A DNA stretch of 64,000 nucleotides from Mustelus asterias (Eukaryota): positions 139,438,001-139,502,000 of the forward strand of contig NC_135806.1 in NCBI RefSeq assembly GCF_964213995.1. Direction: 5' to 3'. Positions 50,508-60,470 of this stretch are shown here, one piece after another (within the stretch, counting starts at the first letter, position 1; each line of letters starts with the position of its first letter). The translations under genes were made by a program, and so were the position numbers. The notes below the pieces were generated by a model, which searched no databases, was not told the origin of the DNA, and was given only the letters and a program-made list of their open reading frames with translations.

Positions 50508-50548
50508 ATTTTATTGTCTAACACGAAACTCTCGACAGAAAGGAGAGT

Positions 50549-51634
50549 ATGGAACAAATGCTAAAGCCAGAGCGTCTGACGCTGGATCCACGTGCGGTCG
50601 GCGCCTCTAACACCCTCGACCACTGGCTGAAGTGTTTCGAGGACTACCTGGCAGCCTCTGCAGCGGTCACCACGGATAACGACAGACTCCAGGTCCTCCA
50701 TGCGAGGGTAAGCGACACTGTCTACCTCGCGATTCGTGCGGCCACCACTTACCCGAGAGCCCTCGAGCTTTTAAAAAAGCGCTACACGAGACCTCCCAAT
50801 GAGATCCACGCTCGTTACCTCCTCGCTACACGACGTCGGCAGTCGGGCGAAACCATGGAGCATTACGCCAATGAGCTCTTGCAGCTTGCCAGGGGCTGTG
50901 ACTGCAAAGCTGTGTCGGCTGAGCAGTATATGTATGACCTCACCCGAGATGCGTTTGTGGCAGGGGTAGGGTCCTCGTACATCCGTCCCAAGCTGCTAGA
51001 AAAGGGAAATCTCAACCTGACCCAAGCTATGGAGATGGCTGAAATGCTGGAGGCGGCGTCGAAGAGCTTGGCCCTGTATCCGGAGGACCACGTGGAGACA
51101 ACGTGGCAGGAGCAGTCACAAATCCCTCCTCGCCCCACGGGCTCGCGCTCCCATATCGACCCGACGGCGGCGGCAGCCCCAGGCGGCCCGCGGTGCTATT
51201 TCTGCGGAGGAGCCAAGCATCCACGGCAAAAGTGTCCTGCTAAAGCGGTGGTCTGTAATCAATGCGGTAAAAAGGGGCACTACGCGAAAGTCTGCAGATC
51301 GAAGCCCAAGAACGGCAGTGCAGCCTGTGACCCTCCAGAACGGAGATCATCTCCATCGGCGTCGCAGTACCCACGAGGTCCGTCCACGTGCGAGCCCAGG
51401 ATGACGCCATTGTGGTTGGCGGAGTCGGAGGAGGTGACCACCAGGAGTCGCTACGCTTGGCGCCCTCAACCATGTGCGATTCATGGGGGCGGCCATTTTG
51501 GTCGACGACGACCAGGAGCGACCAGCAGGGGTCCTCAGTATCGACCTCAGCTGCCTGCAGTGACGTCCAAGGGCCAACGGTGGCGTCGATCACCCTGGAC
51601 CAGGCTAAGCACCACAGGCTTGACTGTTCAATGA
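50549..51634 (+). CDS. gag: Gypsy Gag with two CCHC zinc knuckles
   Basis: CYFCGGAKHPRQKC and CNQCGKKGHYAKVC. Confidence 0.88.
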   Translation: MEQMLKPERLTLDPRAVGASNTLDHWLKCFEDYLAASAAVTTDNDRLQVLHARVSDTVYLAIRAATTYPRALELLKKRYTRPPNEIHARYLLATRRRQSGETMEHYANELLQLARGCDCKAVSAEQYMYDLTRDAFVAGVGSSYIRPKLLEKGNLNLTQAMEMAEMLEAASKSLALYPEDHVETTWQEQSQIPPRPTGSRSHIDPTAAAAPGGPRCYFCGGAKHPRQKCPAKAVVCNQCGKKGHYAKVCRSKPKNGSAACDPPERRSSPSASQYPRGPSTCEPRMTPLWLAESEEVTTRSRYAWRPQPCAIHGGGHFGRRRPGATSRGPQYRPQLPAVTSKGQRWRRSPWTRLSTTGLTVQ

Positions 51635-54525
51635 TGAACATTAAGGTAAATGATCGTACTGTTTATTGTCTGTTTGACAGCGGGAGCACTGAGAGCTTCA
51701 TTCACCCTGACACTGTAAAGAGGTGTGGACTCCAGGTTCTACCTGCCAAACAGACAATTTCTATGGCATCACGGTCCCGGTCTGTACCGATCCAAGGACG
51801 TTGTGTGGTAACTCTGAAAGTGCAGGGCACAATTTACGAGCGATACAGGCTCCTTGTGTTGCCGCATCTTTGCGCGCCAATTCTCCTCGGACTAAACTTT
51901 ATGGTCCACATGAAGAGTGTGATCCTACAGTACGGTGGGCCACTCCCTTCGCTGACAGTAGGGGACCAGCCGCAGCCTCCAAATTGTCCAAAGCGCCCCG
52001 CATGCAATCTTTCCACACTAAAGATCACCACGCCCTCTTTATTTAAGAATCTGGTACCAGGCTGCAAGCCCATCGCTACTAAAAGTAGGCGTTACAGCGC
52101 TGAAGATCGGATCTTCATCAGATCTGAGGTTCAGCGGCTCCTCAAAGAAGGGATCATACAGCCCAGCGTTAGTCCGTGGAGAGCACAGGTCGTGGTGGTT
52201 AAGAGCGGGAACAAACCCCGGATGGTCATTGACTACAGTCAGACCATTAATCGATATACGCAACTGGATGCGTATCCTCTCCCGCGCATATCTGATATGG
52301 TCAATCAGATTGCGCAGTACCGGGTGTTCTCCACCATAGACCTTAAGTCCACCTACCACCAACTCCCCATCCGCCCAGAGGACCGACATTACACGGCTTT
52401 TGAGGCGGATGGTCGTCTGTATCAGTTTCTTAGGTTTCCATTTGGTGTCACCAATGGGGTCTCGGTCTTCCAGCGTGCTATGGACCGAATGGTGGACCAG
52501 AACGGGCTGCGGGCTACCTTCCCGTACCTGGATAATGTCACCATCTGCGGCCATGATCAGCAGGACCATGACACAAATCTCCAGAACTTTTTGCGCACTG
52601 CATCTTGCCTGAATCTGACCTACAACAGGGAGAAGTGTGTATTCCGTACGCGCCGGTTAGCCATCCTGGGATACGTAGTGGAAGACGGGGTCATTGGCCC
52701 TGATCCCGACCGTATACGCCCCCTTGCTGAACTTCCTTTGCCCGCTAGCGCAAAAGCACTGAGGAGATGCCTAGGCTTCTTCTCCTATTATGCGCAGTGG
52801 GTCCCCAACTACGCGGACAAAGCCCGTCCGCTTCTTAAGTCCACGACTTTTCCACTCACGCCAGAGGCCCAATTGGCCTTCAAGGCATTGAAAAGCGACA
52901 TTGCGAAAGCCACGATGCACGCGGTGGATGAATCCATCCCTTTTCAGGTGGAAAGTGATGCATCTGATTTCGCCCTGGCCGCCACACTAAACCAGGCAGG
53001 CAGGCCCGTCGCGTTTTTTTCCCGCACCCTTCAAGGTCCCGAAATTCGGCATTCAGCGGTGGAAAAGGAGGCTCAGGCTATTGTGGAGGCCGTCAGACAC
53101 TGGCGCCATTACCTGGCGGGGAAGCGGTTCACCCTGATCACGGACCAGCGGTCCGTGGCGTTCATGTTTAATAATACGCAGAGGGGCAAGATCAAGAATG
53201 ACAAGATCTTGCGGTGGAGAATTGAGCTCTCCACCTATAATTACGATATTATGTATTGTCCAGGGAAACTCAATGAGCCCTCGGATGCCCTCTCGCGCGG
53301 AACATGCGCTACTATGCAGGAGGATCGCTTGAACGCCCTCCATAATGACCTGTGCCATCCTGGGGTCACTCGGCTCTACCACTTCATCAAAGCCCGCAAT
53401 CTGCCCTACTCGGTGGAGGATGTCAGGTCAGTGACAAGGAGCTGTCGGATTTGCGCGGAATGCAAACCGCACTTTTACCGACCTGACCGGGCACATTTGG
53501 TCAAGGCCACTCGCCCCTTCGAGAGGCTGAGTGTGGATTTTAAGGGCCCCCTTCCCTCAACAGACCGGAACGTGTACTTTCTTAACATCATAGACGAGTA
53601 CTCCCGGTTCCCGTTTGTTGTCCCCTGTGCGGACACGTCGACTGCCACGGTGATCAAGGCATTCCGTGATCTTTTTACCCTGTTCGGGTACCCCAGCTAT
53701 ATACATAGCGACAGGGGCTCGTCGTTCATGAGTAACGACTTGAGGCAATTCCTGCTCTCATACGGGATTGCCTCTAGTAGAACCACGAGTTACAACCCTA
53801 GGGGCAATGGACAGGTGGAGAGAGAGAATGCTACAGTCTGGAAGGCTGTCCTATTGGCGCTGAAGTCCAAAGGCCTTCCAGTCTCCCATTGGCAGGAGGT
53901 CCTCCCAAATGCGCTTCACTCCATTCGCTCCCTCCTGTGTACGGCAACCAATGCTACTCCCCACGAGAGGATGTTCTCATTCCCTCGGAAGTCGTCCTCG
54001 GGGATATCTTTACCAGCCTGGTTGACGTACCCAGGACCCGTCCTTCTGCGGCGACATGTAAGGGCCCGCAAGTCCGACCCCTTGGTCGAACCGGTCCACC
54101 TCCTCCACGCCAACCCTCAGTATGCCTATGTGGCATATCCTGACAGGCGAGAGGACACAGTCTCGATCCGAGACCTGGCGCCCGCAGGGGACGTAGCAAC
54201 TCCTGTCGCTCCCATACCCCCAGTCACGAATCCCCTATCTCTTATTTCTCCCCCGGACGTGGCGCGGTCAGCACCGGGACCAGTGCATAACAGTTATACT
54301 CCACTGTACAGCTTGCCTGAGACTCGGAGATCGGCGCCATCGCAGAAGGTACTGGGATCCCCTGCACTACCGCTTCATCAGGGTCAACCGGCCCGTGAGT
54401 CCTCGAGGGGACAGCCGGACGCTGTTTTGGAGAGAACGCCACCGCAAGCACCTGCTCCGGTGTCACAGCCGGTATTGAGGAGGTCACAACGACGGTGCGG
54501 TCCTCCAGACCGTCTGGACTTGTAG
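51388..54525 (+). CDS. pol: Gypsy Pol: protease, RT, RNase H, integrase
   Basis: LFDSGS; IDLKS...YLDN; SDASD/EKE/TDQ/DALSR; H-H-C-C and VDFKGP/SDRG/VERE DDE triad. Confidence 0.92.
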   Translation: MRAQDDAIVVGGVGGGDHQESLRLAPSTMCDSWGRPFWSTTTRSDQQGSSVSTSAACSDVQGPTVASITLDQAKHHRLDCSMMNIKVNDRTVYCLFDSGSTESFIHPDTVKRCGLQVLPAKQTISMASRSRSVPIQGRCVVTLKVQGTIYERYRLLVLPHLCAPILLGLNFMVHMKSVILQYGGPLPSLTVGDQPQPPNCPKRPACNLSTLKITTPSLFKNLVPGCKPIATKSRRYSAEDRIFIRSEVQRLLKEGIIQPSVSPWRAQVVVVKSGNKPRMVIDYSQTINRYTQLDAYPLPRISDMVNQIAQYRVFSTIDLKSTYHQLPIRPEDRHYTAFEADGRLYQFLRFPFGVTNGVSVFQRAMDRMVDQNGLRATFPYLDNVTICGHDQQDHDTNLQNFLRTASCLNLTYNREKCVFRTRRLAILGYVVEDGVIGPDPDRIRPLAELPLPASAKALRRCLGFFSYYAQWVPNYADKARPLLKSTTFPLTPEAQLAFKALKSDIAKATMHAVDESIPFQVESDASDFALAATLNQAGRPVAFFSRTLQGPEIRHSAVEKEAQAIVEAVRHWRHYLAGKRFTLITDQRSVAFMFNNTQRGKIKNDKILRWRIELSTYNYDIMYCPGKLNEPSDALSRGTCATMQEDRLNALHNDLCHPGVTRLYHFIKARNLPYSVEDVRSVTRSCRICAECKPHFYRPDRAHLVKATRPFERLSVDFKGPLPSTDRNVYFLNIIDEYSRFPFVVPCADTSTATVIKAFRDLFTLFGYPSYIHSDRGSSFMSNDLRQFLLSYGIASSRTTSYNPRGNGQVERENATVWKAVLLALKSKGLPVSHWQEVLPNALHSIRSLLCTATNATPHERMFSFPRKSSSGISLPAWLTYPGPVLLRRHVRARKSDPLVEPVHLLHANPQYAYVAYPDRREDTVSIRDLAPAGDVATPVAPIPPVTNPLSLISPPDVARSAPGPVHNSYTPLYSLPETRRSAPSQKVLGSPALPLHQGQPARESSRGQPDAVLERTPPQAPAPVSQPVLRRSQRRCGPPDRLDL

Positions 54526-54599
54526 ATTGTTGATTTTTAAAATATATATATAGTCTGTTTTCGCACCCCGCCGGCCTTTGTTCTCAAAGGAGGGGTGAA

Positions 54600-54961
54600 T
54601 GTGGTGAACCATCGTTGGTTACCACTGTGGGGTTATTCCAATGTTGCTGTTGGGCTAGGGTGTTGACACTGTGGGGTTGTTATAATGTTGTTGTTGGGCT
54701 AGGGTGTTGACACTGTGGGGTTGTTATAATGTTGTTGTTGGGCTAGGGTGTTTACACTGTGGGATTAATACACCTGTGGTGGATGCTGTTGTGGCACATC
54801 CCGGTCGGGCCCCGCCTCCTGGGAGAGGTATAAGACCCTCTGCTCGGGCGGGACCCCTCCAGTCTGGAATGGTGTACTCGTGTTTAAATAGTTCCATTGT
54901 TAGACAATAAAAGCCTTCAATTACAGAAGCCTGGTGTCTTGTGCTCGATTGTCGTGCATCA
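54600..54961 (+). repeat. 3' LTR (362 bp; one extra U3 tandem unit of about 44 bp)
   Basis: About 7 substitutions versus the 5' LTR (counted by eye) plus the extra repeat unit. Confidence 0.93.
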
Positions 54962-55539
54962 ATTACACATCTTTATAACAAAGACTTTTTTTTCACTTTT
55001 GGCTAGTTTTTTTTCCTTGTAATTTAGTTGATCCTTGCTTATCAATCATTTTGTCCTTATTTGAGTTTCCTGATATTGGGGGAATTTTACCATTTTGAGT
55101 CTAAGTGCCGAATCCGGGCGTCAAATAGATCCGCGCCTGGAATCCTCTTTCCAGCGCGCCCATACGTGTTTTGCCGGCTCCGGCCCGATCCGCCCTGTGG
55201 GCGGGGCTTAGCGCTGGCGGACTGATCGGAGCTCTGAACTGCGCATGTGCGCCCGGGCGTTAAAGAAAGAAAAAGCAGAAAGCGGAGAGAGCGGCTCTCT
55301 GACGTTCATCCTCTGGTTGGGGGGCGGGGGGGGGGAGGTGCGGGGGGGCGGGGGGGGGGAGGTGCGGGGGGGCGGGGGGGGAGGTGCGGAGGAGGAGGGG
55401 GTGTGTCGTCTCATCCTCTGGGAGGGGGGGGTGGTGGGAAGAGAGGTACACTACCAGCCACAGATTACTCTTCCCTGCAGGGGCAAGAGAGCAGAAGTGA
55501 TGGCTGTGGCTGGTAGTGTACCAGTGATGGTGTGTCCCT

Positions 55540-55694
55540 TTACAGGCCCAGCTTGGTCCTTCTCCAGTGTCTCCTCTTGGACTTGTACTGATCTTGTAAC
55601 CGGTTTTCATGCGGATCAACTGTGGAATCGGCCGGTTCTGCTTCACCTTCTTAGCGAGGAATCTCTTCATCCTGAAGGTTTTGTGGGATGGGAT
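55540..55694 (-). pseudogene. RPL39: Processed pseudogene of 60S ribosomal protein L39
   Basis: [32 protein letters not shown], then after a 1-nt frameshift [15 protein letters not shown]-stop; intronless; ATG changed to ATC. Confidence 0.92.
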
Positions 55695-55782
55695 GGCCGC
55701 ACATCCACTCCGGGAGGAGGGATCGGCCGCAGAGTGGCAGTGGACCCCCCCCCCCCCCCCCCGACCAGAGGATGATTGGTCA

Positions 55783-56168
55783 CATAGAACATAGAACATA
55801 GAACAGTACAGCACAGAACAGGCCCTTCGGCCCACGATGTTGTGCCGAGCTTTATCTGAAACCAAGATCAAGCTATCCCACTCCCTATCATCCTGGTGTG
55901 CTCCATGTGCCTATCCAATAACCGCTTAAATGTTTCTAAAGTGTCTGACTCCACTATCACTGCAGGCAGTCCATTCCACACCCCAACCACTCACTGCGTA
56001 AAGAACCTACCTCTGATATCCGTCCTGTATCTCCCACCACGAACCCTATAGTTATGCCCCCTTGTAATAGCTCCATCCACCCGAGGAAATAGTCTTTGGA
56101 CGTTCACTCTATCTATCCCCTTCATCATTTTATACACCTCTATTAAGTCTCCCCTCAGCCTCCTCCGC
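55783..56168 (-). mobile_element. CR1 3' end, nearly identical to CR1-B (about 8025-8393)
   Basis: [37 protein letters not shown]; (ttctatg)n tail. Confidence 0.88.
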
Positions 56169-56889
56169 TCACACCCCCTCCCCTCCCACCCCCCCCCCCC
56201 CCCCAGAGGATGAGACGTCACACCCTCTCTTTTCCCCCCCCCCCCACCCCCACCCCACGCCCAGAGGATGATCGGTCACCCCCCCTCTCCTCCCAGCCCC
56301 CTCTCCCCCCTCCCCACCCCACCCCCAGAGGATGATCGGTCACCCCCCCTCTCCTCCCAGCCCCCTCTTCCCCCCCCCCCCCCCCCCCGCCCCCCGACCA
56401 GAGGATGACCTGGGTCAGAGAGCCGTTGCAGTCTCTGTCCCCGCTCTTCGGAAGCTGCAGCGGCGACTTCAGACTTTTATTCTGCAGGTCGGTAACAGCG
56501 CGGACGCGGATCGGGCCAGAAGACGGTAAAGTGGGATTTGGCGGTAGAGTTGGGCGCGCGGTTCATTCAGTCGATTTAAATGCAAATGCATTTAAATCGT
56601 CGGGCCGCCCGATCCGGCCCGCACCCGAATCAGGTGTCGGTAAATCCGCGATCTGCTCGGATTCGGGTGCAGATCGCGTTAAAGGCCCAACGCCCAACTT
56701 TACCGTGATTTCGAACCCGAAAGTTTTGGTAAAATCAGGCCCATTATTTCTAATCATTGAACTGCCATTTGCCTTTAGACGATTATATGTCTCTCTTTGG
56801 GTTTAACATCTTTAGTTATTCGCAGATGATGGGCCCTCCCATTGGATCTTATAATCCATCTGTACTTGTCTATTATCTTAGTCTGACAG

Positions 56890-57420
56890 TTAGGGTCTTT
56901 TTACTTAAGGAGGGATGTACTTGCATTGGAAGCAGTTCAGAGAAGGTTCACCAGCCTGATTCCTGGGACAAAGGGGTTTTATCTTATGAGGAAAGGTTGG
57001 ACCCATACTCACTGGAGTTTAGAAGAATGAGAGGTGACCTTATTAAGATCCTCAGGCTGGTTTGACAGGGTGGATGCTCGGAGGATGTTTCCCGTACTGG
57101 GGGAATCTAGAACCAGGGGAGACGGTTTCAAGAGTAAATGGCCTCCCATTTAAGCCGGAGATGAGGAGGGTTTTTTAGAGGGTTGTTAGTCAGTGTTATT
57201 CTTTTCCTCAGAGAGCAGTGGGGGCTGGGTCAAACCCAAGGCGGATTTAGACAGACTTTTGGTAAACGGGGAGGTGGCGGTTCAGGGGTTATGGGAGGGG
57301 GTGAGGGACGGGACAAGCTGGAAATTGCAATCGAGGTCACAATCCGTGACCTTGTTAAAGGGTGCAGCAAGCCCGATGGGCCAAACGGCCCACTCCTGGA
57401 TCCTATTTCGATGATCTTTC
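56890..57420 (+). mobile_element. Degraded CR1 3' fragment
   Basis: [18 protein letters not shown]. Confidence 0.7.
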
Positions 57421-59944
57421 GATCTTATTACTCAGAGCTGGCAATGGCTCAATGGACAGAAGAGTCTCAGGGTGGGATTTTACAGCCTTGCTCGGGCGAG
57501 ACCAGAAATTCCCACCCGAGGTCCACAGAGATTTCTGTTGTCGGTCCCTCGCTCGCTCCAATTCTGTGGCAGGCACGAGGTGGTGGAGTTCCGGCCTCTG
57601 CCTCCATTGTAAGATTCAGTGAGTCTGGAGTTGTGCTCCCAGTAAATACTCAGCAAATACAGGCGGGCAGCTGGAGTGTTTGATGACAGGATTGTCACCG
57701 TGTATGGGAATAAACTGATCATTGGTTATTTTGAGATGTTAACCAATGATTGAAATGTCTAAACACCGAAGCTATTGTAACACCTTCCGCTAACTCTCAA
57801 CCTTCTCCTCACGACACGTAGTCAGCTGGAGACTCTAAATCCGAGCTTTATTGTGAGTAATGTTCTTGTGTGTGGGAAATAAACAGTCTGCTGAGATTGT
57901 GCGACAAACATTGGGGACTGAGGTCATTCACGTCTCTACCGTCAATGTTGGATTTATTGTTAAGAACTGACACAGGAGTGGTTCCAATGTTTTATTCGAG
58001 ATTCACCAATGCATGTGACAAAACTCAGAAACTGCCCACTAACAATTTAAATTACCACTTATTCAACCATATGTACAATATAATTAAATTATCTGAATAA
58101 AATAGTAACACTGATTTCACACTGAGGTGAAGGGAAGCTTAGGTTTTTTGCATTGTTGTAAAGCTACTGAGTGATTGTAAAAGTCCTCAAATGGTGATTA
58201 TTTCCACCAATGTAGAGTTTCCCGCAAAGATAAAAAATCCAGAACCGATCTTAGTCTATAACGGACCATGAGTATCTCTCTCCATTTGAGAGAGACACTG
58301 GTTGTATATAGACGGAGAGGCATCACTCTGAGTGTGGGGCAAATTGGCACAGATCTGTGAATTACAAACCCACCCTGTATGACACACTAGCCAATGAGCT
58401 CACCATTCCCCAGACACGTCAGTAAACACGGTGGCACAATGGGTTAGCACTGCTGCCTCACAGCGCCAGGGACCCGCGTTCGATTCCCGGCTTGGGTCAC
58501 TGTCGGTGCACGTTCTCCCAGTATCTGTGTGGGTTTCCCTCCGGGTGCTCCGGTTTCCTCCCACAGTCTGAAAGATGTGCCGGTTAGGTGGATTGGCCAT
58601 GCTAAATTGACCCTTAGTGTTAGGGGGACTAGTTAGGGTAAATGCATGGGGTTATGGGGATCAGGCCTGGGTGGGATTGTAGTCAGTGCAGACTCGATGG
58701 GCTGAATGGCCTCCTTCTGCACTGTGGATTTTACGTTACTGAACTAATAATCCAGGGAGCGTCGGTTTGAATGCAAGTACTTGATTTCAGTTCAGTCTAG
58801 AACTTAAAAGTGATCAGTAAAAACGATCATGAAGATGCTGGATTGTCGGAAAAACCCAACTGGTTCTTGAACTTCCTCCAGGGATGGGGATTTGCTGATA
58901 TGATTGCAGTCCCACCCCAACGTGGATATGGCTCAATCAGATACCTGGTTATATCAGCAAATCTCTGCGAGGGTCTTCGAAGCTGGGTGAAGGAAGTCCA
59001 CGTCCATTGTCTCAGGCAGTGGGGAATAAATGCCAGTGACGGCCACATCCCTGAGAATGAAATCTGCAGCTGATGAATCTATGAGCAGAACCTCTACACA
59101 CATTCCCCAATCTTTGGCTTTGCCAATCTTTATGTTGGGGTTCATATAGATGACGGTGATCTTCTGCCTTCTGGGATGAGGCTGTGGTGATCCCACATCG
59201 GACAGTCAGTTGATCGGGTAGTTGGTGGCTCTCTGCGTGAGTCCAGCCAGTCCGAGGGAAGACATCTGTAGAAGTCTCAGTTCACCCACCTGCACATATT
59301 GCATCGATGCTCAGAGTGGGACTACCACGTGGTGATGGCCATTTCACACAGAATCTCACTCCTTTCAGGTGTTTTTTGTTGTTGCATTTCAGGGTAACCT
59401 CCTCCTGCAATGTCTAGTCCCAGGGTGAGGCCGCAATCACTCATCACAACCAATAAAAAGTCGTTCATTGTTAACTTCAGGAGGGGATTCTGGGACAGCG
59501 CAAGTCATCTCTGTAAAAGAGAAAGAACTAACCTCAGGATTGGAGATACTCTCACTCTCTGCCTGTCTCACAGAATGCTAAGCCAGTATTACGGATTTAG
59601 TTATTCCCAGTACATTCCACTCTTTCTAGAATATTCTTTCTAGAATAATCTGTTTCATTGAGACTCGAAATGTTGGCTCTATTCTCTCTCCTCAGATGCT
59701 GTCAGACATAAGTTCATAAGCTATAGGAGCAGAATTAGGCCATTCGGCCCATCGAGTCTGCTCCGCCATTCGATCATGGCTGATATGCTCCTCATCCCCA
59801 TTTTCCTGCCTTCTCCTCATAACCCTTCAACCCATTACCAATTAAAAATCTGTCTAACTCCTCCTTAAATTTACTCACTGTCCCAGCATCCACCGCACTT
59901 GCTGAGATTTTCCAGCATTTTCTGTTTGTGTTTCAGTTAGAAAT

Positions 59945-60470
59945 ATAGAAACATAGAAAAACTACAGCACAAACGGGCCCTTCGGCCCCACAAGTTGTGC
60001 CGAACATATCCCTACCTTTTAGGCCTACCTATAACCCTCCATCCTATTAAGTCCCGTGTACTCATCCAGGAGTCTCTTAAAAGACCCTATTGAGTTTGCC
60101 TCCACCACCACTGACGGCAGCCGATTCCACTCGCCCACCACCCTCTGTGTGAAAAACTTACCCCTAACATTTCCCCTGCACCTACCCCCCCCGCACCTTA
60201 AACCTGTGTCCTCTCGTAGCAGCCATTTTCACCCTGGGAAAAAGCCTCTGAGAGTCCACCCGATCTATGCCTCTCAACATCTTATGTACCTCTATTAGGT
60301 CTCCCCTCATCCTACGTCTCTCCAAGGAGAAAAGACCGAGCTCCCTCAGCCTATCCTCATAAGGCATGCCACTCAATCCAGGCAACATCCTTGTAAATCT
60401 CCTCTGCACCCTTTCAATCTTTTCCACATCCTTCCTGTAATGAGGCGACCAGAACTGAGCACAGTACTCC
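59945..60470 (-). mobile_element. CR1 3' fragment
   Basis: EYCAQFWSPHYRKD... Confidence 0.85.

Larger units (their letters stand above)
50193..54961 (+). mobile_element. Full-length Ty3/Gypsy LTR retrotransposon (Mag-like, no chromodomain or env)
   Basis: TG...CA LTRs 50193-50507 and 54600-54961, 5-bp TSD ATTAC (50188-50192 and 54962-54966), PPT aaaggaggggtgaa 54586-54599. Confidence 0.96.
55078..56742. mobile_element. GC-rich non-autonomous element with inverted inner arms and a (cccagaggatgatcggtcac) minisatellite
   Basis: Terminal ggggaattttacc / ggtaaaatcaggccc; inner arms cggctctctgac..tcatcctctgg (about 55290-55320) are inverted at about 56395-56426. Confidence 0.55.
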
